DNA of 64,000 nucleotides from a virus. Taxonomy: Duplodnaviria > Heunggongvirae > Uroviricota > Caudoviricetes. Position 1 is the first letter of the stretch; every line of letters begins with the position of its first letter. Positions 1-9,941 of the stretch are shown one piece after another. The notes under the pieces were generated by a model. That model saw only the letters and a list, made by a program, of their open reading frames with translations. It did not search any database and was not told the origin of the DNA. The position numbers and the translations under genes were made by a program. Where the stretch lies: the IMG/VR virus record IMGVR_UViG_3300028833_000054, positions 118,482-182,481 of that record, one strand, 5' to 3'.

Positions 1-2
1 GC

Positions 3-2237
3 TTGGAATTCAATCCTGCAAGAATAGAAAATATATCAGTTGATGGATCTACTGATATAAGCACAGATGTAGAAACAAATACTTCTTGGAGTATCTCTGA
101 CAGTTCATCATGGATTACAAATATATCTCCTACTGGAGATTCAACTGACCCTTATGATGCATCAATGACATTTGATGTTGAAGACAATTATAATCCAAAT
201 GCTTTAACTGACTATGTTAAATATCGTTCAAGTACTTCTAATAGAAATGGTGGAATATCAGTAGATACTAGCAGTGGAATTTCTGTACATTTACCAGTAT
301 CACAGCAAGGTTATACATTTGATGCATCAATGTCATATAAATTGAATGGAGTTTCAGTTACTAGTATTGAAATTGGTCCTGATACTTCTACTGCAACTTT
401 GGAGATTACTTCAAACTATGACTATACTTTAAGCTGTAGTGTTGATTGGGTGTCATTTGGAGGAAATCAAAATAACAAATTTAATGACAATGACGGTAAT
501 ACATTTAAGACTAATACTTATGTATTAACATTTAAATATAATACTTCTGATGCTCGAAATACAGATATTACTATTTCTCAAGTTCGTCATCAAGCAAATA
601 ATGGTGAAGACTCTGTTTCTTCTAAGAGTTTGACTGTTTCACAAGGAACTGCAGTTGGACATTATGCTTTGTCATTGTCTGAAAATTCATTAAGATATGA
701 TGCATTTGGAACAGAAGAGGTTCTTACTAAAACAATAGATGTTACTTCTAAGTTGGGTGGCTGGACAATGGATGCAGATACTATTCAAAGAAATAATAAT
801 TCCGAGAATTGGTTCCATATAAATCAAACATCATATACATTTATTGACACTGCAGATACACCAGTACAAACAACAACAATTAGTATAAGAGTAAATCCTA
901 ATCCTGATGTAGATAATGGACATTCACATACTATTACTTTTACTCATTCACAATCAGGAAGTACTGCTACACTAACTATAACACAAGACCAAGCAACTGT
1001 ATATTTTGTATATGTTGAAACCGGAACAAACGAGAGTGAAAATGAAGCTCTTACAAGATTAAAGGAACTTGTAGAATTTGTTAAAGATGGAGTTGATGTC
1101 GGAATAGCTATGGCTCCTCCACCAAGATCTATAGCTGTAACAACGGGAGGAAATGATGCAGTAAACAAAACATATTATTTATATTATTTTTATGGTTCAT
1201 CTCCTGATAAGAATATATCATATTCTACTACTAATGGAGCTATGATGTCTGCTGTACCAACTCCTAAAAATGTTCCTGTGGAAGTTGGATGGTCAGATGC
1301 TAATTCTTCTTCATCTAATGTATATATAATTAATGTTTCTGTTAATGAAAATAATACTACAGAAAACAGAGATGGAATAATTACTATTTCTGGTAATGCT
1401 GCTCCTGCAGTAGCAAAAATAGAATTTACAGGTCATCAAGATAAACGTATATATCAAACAGATTTAACATTTGCATATGAATCAGGAGTATCATATCTTG
1501 GAGATTTAATAGGAGATAAATGGGAAATACCAGTATATGGAAAATCATATATAATGAAAGTTGCAAATAAACTTGAATATGATAAACTTATAATTACTAA
1601 TATAAAAATAAGTGATGAATCTTCATTGAATCCTGACTTGTCTGAACCTATAGATACTTCAGATTGGGCAACATTTGATTACAGTACATCTTCTGATGCA
1701 AATGCAAGTTGGACACCATTTGTTTTTGGAAATGATATTATAATAGATAAAAGTTCAAATTTATACATTAAAGCAAATATTGCAAATTACCAATTAAATG
1801 AGAATGGAGAAAACAGAACATATGAAAATGATATAAATGTTAAGAACTATTCTGTACAAATTTTTGTTTTAACAGAATCTGAAAGAGATAATGGAAGACA
1901 AGATTCTAGTATGTATTATTTTGTAAACGGAAGTGGTAATAGATTTGTTGCCAGCCAATTCTCTAAAGATATGTTCCAAGAATCTTGGCAGTTACTATCA
2001 AGTGAGTTTGATGTAGATTCAAATACTGGTTCACAAAAAGTATATTTCAGAGCTGATTTTAATAATGAATCTATAAATAAAGTATTGTATAGTGAAGATA
2101 CTGGTTATACTTTAATGGGTTCTAGTGATACTGTAAAGAACAAAGAAATTGATGTTTTGCAAACTATATTGACAAGCAATGATGAAGTTAATATTGCTTA
2201 TGATGTAAGATTTGGTGTAAGGTTAAAAGATAACTAA
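3..2237 (+). CDS. BACON/Ig-like repeat virion protein, 5' end outside window
   Basis: Open from window edge; repeated ~100-aa beta modules with W-S-x-S..W(I/V)(T/S) starts and N..R.xxI.(I/V)S/Q ends (WSISDSSSWIT, CSVDWVSF, NTTENRDGIITISG), typical of BACON domains. Confidence 0.6.
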   Translation: MEFNPARIENISVDGSTDISTDVETNTSWSISDSSSWITNISPTGDSTDPYDASMTFDVEDNYNPNALTDYVKYRSSTSNRNGGISVDTSSGISVHLPVSQQGYTFDASMSYKLNGVSVTSIEIGPDTSTATLEITSNYDYTLSCSVDWVSFGGNQNNKFNDNDGNTFKTNTYVLTFKYNTSDARNTDITISQVRHQANNGEDSVSSKSLTVSQGTAVGHYALSLSENSLRYDAFGTEEVLTKTIDVTSKLGGWTMDADTIQRNNNSENWFHINQTSYTFIDTADTPVQTTTISIRVNPNPDVDNGHSHTITFTHSQSGSTATLTITQDQATVYFVYVETGTNESENEALTRLKELVEFVKDGVDVGIAMAPPPRSIAVTTGGNDAVNKTYYLYYFYGSSPDKNISYSTTNGAMMSAVPTPKNVPVEVGWSDANSSSSNVYIINVSVNENNTTENRDGIITISGNAAPAVAKIEFTGHQDKRIYQTDLTFAYESGVSYLGDLIGDKWEIPVYGKSYIMKVANKLEYDKLIITNIKISDESSLNPDLSEPIDTSDWATFDYSTSSDANASWTPFVFGNDIIIDKSSNLYIKANIANYQLNENGENRTYENDINVKNYSVQIFVLTESERDNGRQDSSMYYFVNGSGNRFVASQFSKDMFQESWQLLSSEFDVDSNTGSQKVYFRADFNNESINKVLYSEDTGYTLMGSSDTVKNKEIDVLQTILTSNDEVNIAYDVRFGVRLKDN

Positions 2238-2238
2238 T

Positions 2239-2484
2239 ATGATAAAGCTTAAATACATATATCAAGGCTGGAAAAATTGGTTGCTTGACAAAATTTCTGA
2301 TTTGAAGTACAAAGAATATTTTGACAAAAGATTACAAATCTGTCAAAATTGTGAGAAAAATGACAAAGGTGTTTGTGATATTTGCAAATGTGTTCTTGTT
2401 GCAAAAACAAAATCAGAAGATTCTGCTTGTCCGTTGAAGAAATGGGATACAATAAAGAATACTGTAGAAAAGGAGGGGAATTAA
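2239..2484 (+). CDS. Small Cys-rich (CxxC..CxxCxC..CP..KW) protein, DUF6171-like
   Basis: RLQICQNC...CDICKC...SACPLKKW; starts 1 nt after the upstream stop. Confidence 0.55.
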   Translation: MIKLKYIYQGWKNWLLDKISDLKYKEYFDKRLQICQNCEKNDKGVCDICKCVLVAKTKSEDSACPLKKWDTIKNTVEKEGN

Positions 2485-2498
2485 CCCCTCCTTTTTTA
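2468..2498 (+). terminator. Rho-independent terminator
   Basis: AAAAGGAGGGG-AATTAA-CCCCTCCTTTT stem-loop plus T run. Confidence 0.8.
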
Positions 2499-2501
2499 TC
2501 T

Positions 2502-2509
2502 AATAAATA
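2502..2509 (+). promoter_or_regulatory. T4-late-like promoter AATAAATA
   Basis: Recurs upstream of 11 late/structural genes; resembles T4 late TATAAATA. Confidence 0.65.
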
Positions 2510-2514
2510 TAAAA

Positions 2515-2535
2515 ATGATAATTAGCTATTTATGA
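2515..2535 (+). other. Mini-uORF MIISYL*, ATGA-overlapped with the 2532 gene
   Basis: ATG ATA ATT AGC TAT TTA TGA; the ATG is 6 nt after the promoter box. Confidence 0.5.
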
Positions 2536-4508
2536 ATAAATGTTTTGTTATATTTCCAGGAGCATTCAAACCCGTTCATTCTGGTCATATATCATTAATG
2601 GAAAAATATTTAGAGTCACCTGATTATGATGTTAGATTGACTATTGTGATTTCAAAATCACCAAGAGAAGGAATATCTGCAGAGTCAAGCAAATGGTTCC
2701 TTGACAAAGTTTTTTCAAGAAATTATAAAGTTAATGTAATGATAGCACCTGATGCAAGCCCAATCAAAACTGCATATGACATGACAGGTCAAGCTGAATT
2801 TGGTCCAGGATTTTATGCTCTTGGTGCATCAGCAAAAGGAGCAGATATTAAAAGAGCAGAAGACTTTGCAGCAAAGTTTTCAGAAGGTGGAAAATTCTAT
2901 GAACCTACAACGGGGGTTCAAGGAATGTATTTTCCTATAAATCCAGAGCCTATGAATTATATAGGCAGAGGTGATATGTATGAGGATGCACCAATATCAT
3001 CCACGGTCGTCAGGAATGATATTAGGAACAATGATTATAAACTATTCAGAACTGCTTATCTTCCTCTCCTGCAAAAAAGATACATCACTGAGGATATACT
3101 CAAAGAATACTTCAACAAAGTTTCTTCAGAAGTACTTCCTGCTACTAAGACTCCTCTTAATTCAGCATTGACAGAATCTGCACATGCATTGTATATGAAT
3201 ATTCTTAATGAAGGTGGAGCAGGTGGACATATGAATCACCCTTATGATGTACTTAATTTCACATTCAAGGATTTGAAGAATCTTATTTCAGATTTGTTTG
3301 CAGGTAAGATTACAGATATAACAGAGAAACTTGACGGACAGAATTTGTTTGCTTCAGTTGATGAACATGGAAATACAATATTTGCAAGAAATGACACTAC
3401 CTTGTATGAACAGCCTTGGTATCTTGATGATGTAAGATTTAATCCTAAGTGGATTGGAAATCCTACAGTACAACACGCATTCACTAATGCAGCAGAGACT
3501 GTTGATAAAATATTCAAGAATATTCCAAATGCTCCACAGTTCTTCAATTATGATGACAAAGCAGATGGTGTAAGATATAGGTATTGGGCAAATCTTGAAA
3601 TACTTGATACTCAAAACTTTAATGTAATTCCTTATGCAGATTCTAAAGTATCATTCCACAATTTTGTAGCTACAGTATTTGATTATTCAGAGAAAGATGC
3701 ATTTTCAAATGAAGGCCGTCCTCATGAGAAAGAAAAGATTTCTCTTAATCCTGAGATGGAACAACAAATGAAAGCTACTTTGCAGAAAGCAATAGAAAAG
3801 ACTAATAAGACTGCATTCAAAGCACAATTGACTCCTAAGGTTATTTTCAAGACATATGACAATGGAATTGTTAAAGCACAAAAGTATATTGATTACATTG
3901 ATAATATGTTGTCTAAAGCTAATGTGAGTGATAGCACTACAATTGGTCAATATAAAGAAGAGATGGTTATCAGATATTTAGAGTCACATAAGAAATTATC
4001 ATGGATTGATAATGAAGTTCTTTCAGGTGCATTGAGGCGTTGGATTTATGGAGAGACTACTAAATACTCTCTTGTTAATTTGAAACAAATGCTCTTATCA
4101 ACAGGAGAAAAAATGACAAAGGAACAATATGTTATTCTCAGAGATTTTGACAAACAGGAACTTCCTAATATTTTAAAATCAATGATGAAACCTCTTGATA
4201 CATTGTTTATTAAAGTAGGTAATGAAGCTATCAAGTGTATACAAGGTCTTGCAAATGCAGGACACGAAAAAGAAATTGTTTCAAAACTTAGAAAAGAATT
4301 GTCAGATATTAAATCTGCAATTGAAAATTCTGATGATCCTAAGAAGAAACTTAAATTACAACAGTCACTTGCAAGACTTGCTACAGTAGATAATGAATTG
4401 TCATCAACAGAAGGAATTGTGTTCAAATATAATGGACAACTTCTTAAATTGACAGGAGCTTTTGCACCGCTCAATCAGATATTTGGAGCAAGATTCTTTG
4501 ACAAATAA
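2532..4508 (+). CDS. Fusion of HxGH (cytidylyl/adenylyl)transferase-like domain and KxDG ligase-like nucleotidyltransferase domain
   Basis: N-terminal FPGAFKPVHSGH and ISSTVVR; C-terminal ITEKLDG (motif I), EGIVF (IV), KLTG (V). Confidence 0.6.
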   Translation: MNKCFVIFPGAFKPVHSGHISLMEKYLESPDYDVRLTIVISKSPREGISAESSKWFLDKVFSRNYKVNVMIAPDASPIKTAYDMTGQAEFGPGFYALGASAKGADIKRAEDFAAKFSEGGKFYEPTTGVQGMYFPINPEPMNYIGRGDMYEDAPISSTVVRNDIRNNDYKLFRTAYLPLLQKRYITEDILKEYFNKVSSEVLPATKTPLNSALTESAHALYMNILNEGGAGGHMNHPYDVLNFTFKDLKNLISDLFAGKITDITEKLDGQNLFASVDEHGNTIFARNDTTLYEQPWYLDDVRFNPKWIGNPTVQHAFTNAAETVDKIFKNIPNAPQFFNYDDKADGVRYRYWANLEILDTQNFNVIPYADSKVSFHNFVATVFDYSEKDAFSNEGRPHEKEKISLNPEMEQQMKATLQKAIEKTNKTAFKAQLTPKVIFKTYDNGIVKAQKYIDYIDNMLSKANVSDSTTIGQYKEEMVIRYLESHKKLSWIDNEVLSGALRRWIYGETTKYSLVNLKQMLLSTGEKMTKEQYVILRDFDKQELPNILKSMMKPLDTLFIKVGNEAIKCIQGLANAGHEKEIVSKLRKELSDIKSAIENSDDPKKKLKLQQSLARLATVDNELSSTEGIVFKYNGQLLKLTGAFAPLNQIFGARFFDK

Positions 4509-4509
4509 T

Positions 4510-4536
4510 AAATGGAGGAGCAATCCTCCATTTCTG
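4510..4536 (+). terminator. Rho-independent terminator
   Basis: AAATGGAGGA-GCAA-TCCTCCATTT 10-bp stem. Confidence 0.75.
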
Positions 4537-4544
4537 TTATATCA

Positions 4545-4552
4545 AATAAATA
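4545..4552 (+). promoter_or_regulatory. T4-late-like promoter AATAAATA
   Basis: Motif directly after the terminator and before the neck gene. Confidence 0.65.
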
Positions 4553-4559
4553 TAAAAAT

Positions 4560-4580
4560 ATGTTTTGTTATAATGACTAA
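4560..4580 (+). other. Mini-uORF MFCYND*, overlapping the neck gene start by 8 nt
   Basis: ATG TTT TGT TAT AAT GAC TAA; main ATG at 4573. Confidence 0.4.
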
Positions 4581-5307
4581 ACAAGAACTTATAGATTGGA
4601 TTAAACAAGAACTTACTGCTGGCGGTTCTTTACAGATAGACCAATTGAAAGATACAGAAATAGAACGTATTATAGATAATGAAACTATATATGTTCATAG
4701 AGAGTGGAGAGATACAGTAGAACTTAGATATGGAATTGTTTCTCTTGATGCATTTAGAACTCCTGAATTTAGGTCATCAAGAACTATACAGCTTCCTGAT
4801 TGTGTATTCGGAGTTGAAGAATTTAGAGAGATAAAAGATGGTTCAAGATTATTTGGAATCAATGACCCAGATTTGAGACTTGAAAGAGTTATGGGTTCTG
4901 ATTTGTGGTTGTCACCATTCTCTAGTGATGTAATTACTTCAAGAACAATTAGTTATTCTTGGTTTGATTTGGCTCGTTCATTTACACTTGTTGATATTGG
5001 ATTCAGATTCAACATCAATACTCATAGAATAAATGTATTTGGTCATGACCCGGTTGCTCCTGTTCTTATAAGAGCATTTGTTGCAATTGACAATGCAGAC
5101 TTGTATGAAGACCCTATGTTCCGTAAATGGGTAGCAGCAAAATGTAAAATCCAATTGAATAGAATTCTTAAGACCTTCGAGACTAATCTTATTGGCGGTG
5201 TTACAATATCAAGTCTTCTTGGTGAACAAGGTAAAGAAGAATTAGAAGAAGTAAAAGAATGGGTAAAAGGAAATGATGTTCCTGATTACTTCCTTATGTT
5301 CCAATAA
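4573..5307 (+). CDS. Neck/head-completion protein, T4 gp13-like
   Basis: MTKQELIDWIKQEL... and C-terminal LIGGVTISSLLGEQGKEELEEVKE, resembling the gp13 family; start moved to ATG 4573, downstream of the terminator and promoter. Confidence 0.65.
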   Translation: MTKQELIDWIKQELTAGGSLQIDQLKDTEIERIIDNETIYVHREWRDTVELRYGIVSLDAFRTPEFRSSRTIQLPDCVFGVEEFREIKDGSRLFGINDPDLRLERVMGSDLWLSPFSSDVITSRTISYSWFDLARSFTLVDIGFRFNINTHRINVFGHDPVAPVLIRAFVAIDNADLYEDPMFRKWVAAKCKIQLNRILKTFETNLIGGVTISSLLGEQGKEELEEVKEWVKGNDVPDYFLMFQ

Positions 5308-5324
5308 ATCAAATAGTTAATATT

Positions 5325-5531
5325 ATGAGAGATTGTGTGTTTAGAACTATTAGCTATGATGAAGCTATTTATGTGTCAGAATATTGTAATGAAGAACTTG
5401 AATCTGGTTGTGTAATTGTTCACTTTACAGATGGAAATAAATTTGTTGATAGAATTCATATTGATGATGGAGACATGAGTTGTCTTCAACTTCAAAAGAA
5501 AAATAAAATGAAACCTATAATAACAAGATAA
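5325..5531 (+). CDS. Hypothetical protein
   Basis: 68-aa ATG ORF filling the gap before the convergent terminator. Confidence 0.5.
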   Translation: MRDCVFRTISYDEAIYVSEYCNEELESGCVIVHFTDGNKFVDRIHIDDGDMSCLQLQKKNKMKPIITR

Positions 5532-5593
5532 CAGTTATAAATTAAACTGTTATGCTATATAAAACAATTTAAGAGTTGCAATTGCAACTCTTA
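5528..5593. terminator. Bidirectional terminator region between convergent units
   Basis: ATAACAGTT/AACTGTTAT hairpin (5528-5553) and perfect 24-bp palindrome TAAGAGTTGCAATTGCAACTCTTA (5570-5593). Confidence 0.7.
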
Positions 5594-5597
5594 TTTT

Positions 5598-6644
5598 TTA
5601 GAAATTACCTTCTTTCTTAATCCTGTCAAAATTTTCTCTGTCTTTTCCATGAAGGTCATTGACTCTTGGAATCTTGCAATTGACAGTGATTTTATAATTT
5701 GCTTTACTTGATGGATTATTTGGATTAGGAAATCCTTCACCAAATCTTGTGATGACCTTTCCAGGTTGAGTTCCTTGTTCAAGATGAATTTTCTTGTACC
5801 CTTTTATCCAAGGAATCTCTACATCTGCTCCATAAATCAAATCAGTAATCTTTGCATTTAAGTTGTAAAGCAAATTGTTGTCATCATCTCTTGAAAGACC
5901 TTTGTTATTAGGCAATTCAGATACAATTACATGTAAATCTCCTGGAACTCCTCTGTGTGGTCCATCATTTCCTTGTCTTGGAATTGTAAAATATGCATCA
6001 CCTGGCATACCTGCTGGAACATCAAACTCAATCTCTTTGTCCATTTCTTCAAGGCCAGTTCCTCCACAATTTGGACAAGGATTCTTGATAATTTTTCCAG
6101 TACCATGACAATGTGAACAAGAAGACATTGTTTGTTGTATTCCAAAATTTGTCCTAACAGTTTTTGTCTCCATTCCAGAGCCTTTACATGTCGGACAAAC
6201 TTCTGTCTCATTCGTTTCAGAACCAGAGCCGTGGCAACGATGACAAGCACATTGTTTCTTGACTTTTAACTTCTTATGAACACCATCATACAGCTCATCA
6301 ATAGGAACAGATATATGAATCTTCAAATCTTCACCACGTTCTTTGACTTCTCTTCTTGCTCCTCCCATATTGAAACCAAATCCACCAAACGGATTGAATC
6401 CACCAAACGGATCAAATCCTCCTTGTGGTGCATCAGCTGTTCCGTAATTGTCATAATTAGCTTTCTTTTCGGGGTCTGACAATACTGAATATGCTTCTTG
6501 AACTTCTTTGAATTTTTCTTCTGCATTCTCTTCTTTGCTAATATCTGGGTGGTATTTCTTTGCCATCTCACGATATGCATTCTTAATTTCAGATTCAGAA
6601 GCATTCTTTGAAATTCCTAAAACGTCATAATAATTCTTATTCAT
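5598..6644 (-). CDS. dnaJ: Chaperone DnaJ
   Basis: J domain with YHPD, G/F-rich linker, four CxxCxGxG repeats; ATG overlaps the grpE TGA. Confidence 0.95.
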   Translation of the reverse strand: MNKNYYDVLGISKNASESEIKNAYREMAKKYHPDISKEENAEEKFKEVQEAYSVLSDPEKKANYDNYGTADAPQGGFDPFGGFNPFGGFGFNMGGARREVKERGEDLKIHISVPIDELYDGVHKKLKVKKQCACHRCHGSGSETNETEVCPTCKGSGMETKTVRTNFGIQQTMSSCSHCHGTGKIIKNPCPNCGGTGLEEMDKEIEFDVPAGMPGDAYFTIPRQGNDGPHRGVPGDLHVIVSELPNNKGLSRDDDNNLLYNLNAKITDLIYGADVEIPWIKGYKKIHLEQGTQPGKVITRFGEGFPNPNNPSSKANYKITVNCKIPRVNDLHGKDRENFDRIKKEGNF

Positions 6645-7093
6645 CACTTATAAATTAAAACTTTAGCATATGAGATAATTTCCTTGGTAGTAGTATTCAT
6701 GAATCCGCAGTCAATGACTTTGACATCATTTTCATTCTTGTATTCAATCAATGGAATTGTTCCAACTGCTTCGGCGTATTTCTCATCAAATTGACTATTC
6801 GTATTGTCTGCAAAGAATTTCAAATCAAGAACTGTTATATTATTTTCTTGTAAGAATTTTTCAAATTTGCTATAAAGATGATGAAGACCATCATCAACTG
6901 TCTCTGTCATCTCCATTGCTCTGACAATATCATTGTATAGAGGAAGTATATTTTTCAACATATCATAAGAAGCTCTTTTGGCTATAGCTCTTTTTTCCTC
7001 CAATGACCTCTTTTGTAGATTCTGATAATCTGCTAATGCACGTATATACAAATCCTTATAGTCAATTTCTTCAACTTTCTTTTCTTCTTCCAT
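6644..7093 (-). CDS. grpE: Nucleotide exchange factor GrpE (short)
   Basis: YIRALADYQNLQKR, FDEKYAEAV; lies between dnaK and dnaJ. Confidence 0.85.
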   Translation of the reverse strand: MEEEKKVEEIDYKDLYIRALADYQNLQKRSLEEKRAIAKRASYDMLKNILPLYNDIVRAMEMTETVDDGLHHLYSKFEKFLQENNITVLDLKFFADNTNSQFDEKYAEAVGTIPLIEYKNENDVKVIDCGFMNTTTKEIISYAKVLIYK

Positions 7094-7103
7094 ATTTAAT
7101 ATA

Positions 7104-7141
7104 TTAAAATTTTAGGAGAGAAGTAATTCCCTCCTAAAATT
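7104..7141 (-). terminator. Hairpin/terminator between dnaK and grpE
   Basis: AATTTTAGGAG...CTCCTAAAATT 11-bp stem followed by TT on the minus strand. Confidence 0.6.
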
Positions 7142-7159
7142 ATATATACAGATTTTAGA

Positions 7160-9040
7160 TTAGTTTTCAGGCTTTGGGTCTTCTGTAACAACTTCTGGGT
7201 TTGTCTTGTCAATTGGACCATTCTTTACTGCTTCCTGATTTACTCTATCAGTAATCTTGTACCAGACATCATAGTAATTCTTGGTTGCAGCTGCAATTGC
7301 ATCAACATCTCTATCAGCTTCAGCAACATTGTATGCAGACTTCAAGTTCTCAAGAGCTTCTTCAATATTCTTTGATTCATCTTCAGTCATCTTCTCTTTA
7401 AGATTTTCAACATTCTTTTCATGTGCATAAATTGCTGATTCTGCTGCATTGAATGTTGCAATCTTTTCGAGTTGCTTCTTATCCTCTTCAGCATGAGCTT
7501 CTGCTTCTTCCTTCATCTTTGCAACTTCATCTTTGCTAAGACCGCTTGAACCTTCAATCCTGATATTCTGACTCTTATTAGTTGCCTTATCAACTGCAGT
7601 AACATTCAAGATACCATTTGCATCAATATCAAATGTTACTTCAATCTGAGGAACTCCTCTAAGAGCAGGAGCAATTCCATCAAGAATAAACATTCCCAAT
7701 CTCTTATTGTCCTTTGCAAGACTTCTTGCCCCCTGAGTAATTTCAATATCTACAGCAGGCTGATTGTCAGCAGCAGTACTGAATATCTGTGAGTGCTTCG
7801 TAGGAATTGTAGTATTAGCTTCAATCATACAAGTTGCAACTCCACCCATCGTAGTGATATTCAAATTCAAAGGAGTGACATCAAGAAGAAGAATTCCTGT
7901 CTGTTCACCTGCAAGAATAGAACCTTGAATTGCAGCACCAAGGGCAACAGCTTCATCAGGATTGACTGACTTGTTTCCTTCCTTACCGAAGTACTTCTTA
8001 ATCTCTTCCTGAATAAGAGGAATTCTAGTAGAACCACCGACAAGCAAGACCTCATCAATATCTGAAGGCTGCAAGTTAGCAGCAGCAAGAGCATCCTTGG
8101 CAACATTCATAGCCTTGGTAACAAAACCTTCAATCATGTTGTTGAAAGCCGCTCTAGTCAAGGAACAGACAAGGTGCTTAGGAACTCCGTCCATTACAGT
8201 GATATAAGGAAGATTGATATCAGTCTTATTTGTATTTGACAATTCAATCTTAGCTTTTTCTGCAGCATCTTTCAATCTCTGGTGAGCGATAGGATCTTTT
8301 GACAAATCTGTTCCACATTGAGTAAGGCCTTCCTTGACAAGATATTCAATAATCAAATTATCAATATCATTACCACCAAGGAACATATCACCCTTTGTAG
8401 AAAGAACTTCAAAAACTCCGTCACCAAGTTCAAGGATAGAAACATCATGTGTAGAACCACCACAGTCGAAGACCAAAATCTTCATATTCTTGTCAAGCTT
8501 GTCAATACCGAAAGCAAGTGCAGCAGCAGTAGGCTCATTGATAATTCTCTTAACAGTAAGACCAGCAATCTCACCTGCTTCCTTAGTAGCAACACGCTGA
8601 CTATCATTGAAATAAGCAGGAACAGTGATAACTGCTTCAGTAACTTCTTCACCAAGATAATCTTCAGCAGTCTTCTTCATTTTCTGAAGAATTGCAGCTG
8701 AAATTTCTTGAGGAGTATATTCTTTACCGTTGATTTTGATACGGACAGTGTCATTGTTTCCCTTGACAATCTCATAAGTAAACTTGTCTTTGAATGACTC
8801 TGTTGTAGAATAATTGTTTCCAATGAAACGCTTGACTAATTCAACAGTATTCTTAGGATTAGTAATAGCTTTTCTCTTTGCAGGTTCACCAACTACACGT
8901 TCTCCATTGTCATCATAAGCAATAATAGAAGGAGTAGTACGGTTTCCCTCTGAATTGACGATAATCGTAGGAGTTCCATTTTCAACGACTGCAACAGCTG
9001 ATGCAGTAGAACCCAAATCAATACCTATAATTTTTCCCAT
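7160..9040 (-). CDS. dnaK: Hsp70 chaperone DnaK
   Basis: [49 protein letters not shown]. Confidence 0.97.
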   Translation of the reverse strand: MGKIIGIDLGSTASAVAVVENGTPTIIVNSEGNRTTPSIIAYDDNGERVVGEPAKRKAITNPKNTVELVKRFIGNNYSTTESFKDKFTYEIVKGNNDTVRIKINGKEYTPQEISAAILQKMKKTAEDYLGEEVTEAVITVPAYFNDSQRVATKEAGEIAGLTVKRIINEPTAAALAFGIDKLDKNMKILVFDCGGSTHDVSILELGDGVFEVLSTKGDMFLGGNDIDNLIIEYLVKEGLTQCGTDLSKDPIAHQRLKDAAEKAKIELSNTNKTDINLPYITVMDGVPKHLVCSLTRAAFNNMIEGFVTKAMNVAKDALAAANLQPSDIDEVLLVGGSTRIPLIQEEIKKYFGKEGNKSVNPDEAVALGAAIQGSILAGEQTGILLLDVTPLNLNITTMGGVATCMIEANTTIPTKHSQIFSTAADNQPAVDIEITQGARSLAKDNKRLGMFILDGIAPALRGVPQIEVTFDIDANGILNVTAVDKATNKSQNIRIEGSSGLSKDEVAKMKEEAEAHAEEDKKQLEKIATFNAAESAIYAHEKNVENLKEKMTEDESKNIEEALENLKSAYNVAEADRDVDAIAAATKNYYDVWYKITDRVNQEAVKNGPIDKTNPEVVTEDPKPEN

Positions 9041-9062
9041 AATAATGAATTTATTTTCTCTA

Positions 9063-9938
9063 TTAAATTATATACTTCTTTTCCTTGAAATATTCATACA
9101 ACGGAATTGCCAATTCTCTTGCCTGGGAATGTGCATGACCATCAACTCTCAATGAGAAGAAGTGTTCCCAAGCATCAACAAATCCAGTCATGATAATTTC
9201 AGTCTTAAGACCAAATGGCAAAAAGTATCTTGCTTCTTCTGCTTTGTAACCTTTGTTTATCCATTTGAAATAGTACTGTTCTATCTCTTTCATATCTTTT
9301 TCAAACTCTTCCTTGTCTTCTTCCTTTAACCAACAAGGAGTTGAAATTGATATTTCTGAACCGAATTTGTCTTTCATATAGTTGCACCAACGAGTAGACT
9401 CTTGAGCAAAGCTGAACACTCTGTGACGACAGAATGACTGTGAACCAATTCTGTCCATTGTAAATTTGATTGTGATTCTTTTATGAAAGAATTCTGGATA
9501 ATCTTCAAATTTACAATTTCTTACAACTTCAAAATCGCTGTCATCATTGAAATCAAATGGTTCTCCATCACATTCCATAAACTTATCATAGAGGTCTTTG
9601 TAATTTTCATAGACGACTCTAAGATTTGTTGAAACAAAAATACTTCCACTCTGAGAACCCCATTCTGAAAGATATTTTGAATAAGGAGAAAGAATAATTT
9701 TATTCATTCTTCTGGTATCTACTGCCCAACCTCCTCTGCATGTATCTATTTTGAGATAAACAGGAATATGTTCCAACATAGCAGTATGACCAGCTTCAGC
9801 AATGCCAGTCAACAACTTCTTAGCAGAACCTTCTTTGACAAGGTTCTCTGACTTATAGCAAACCCTTGTACACATTTCACCGTGTAACAAGGGATTGCTA
9901 ATATCAATTTCTTCAAATTTAGGATTTACTAGCTTCAT
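9063..9938 (-). CDS. thyX: Flavin-dependent thymidylate synthase
   Basis: [14 protein letters not shown] signature; EEARYFLP; WEHFFSLR. Confidence 0.92.
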   Translation of the reverse strand: MKLVNPKFEEIDISNPLLHGEMCTRVCYKSENLVKEGSAKKLLTGIAEAGHTAMLEHIPVYLKIDTCRGGWAVDTRRMNKIILSPYSKYLSEWGSQSGSIFVSTNLRVVYENYKDLYDKFMECDGEPFDFNDDSDFEVVRNCKFEDYPEFFHKRITIKFTMDRIGSQSFCRHRVFSFAQESTRWCNYMKDKFGSEISISTPCWLKEEDKEEFEKDMKEIEQYYFKWINKGYKAEEARYFLPFGLKTEIIMTGFVDAWEHFFSLRVDGHAHSQARELAIPLYEYFKEKKYII

Positions 9939-9941
9939 ATA

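Noticed and set aside
4462-4572. N-terminal extension of the neck protein given by the ORF track
   Set aside because: It overlaps the upstream gene and spans a terminator and a late promoter; ATG 4573 is the plausible start
5598-9040. Bacterial chromosome origin suggested by dnaK/grpE/dnaJ, ugd, clpX and thyX
   Set aside because: These genes are interleaved with T4-like clamp loader, RNase H, neck, baseplate and terminase genes, are divergent or truncated, and lie within the same phage promoter framework
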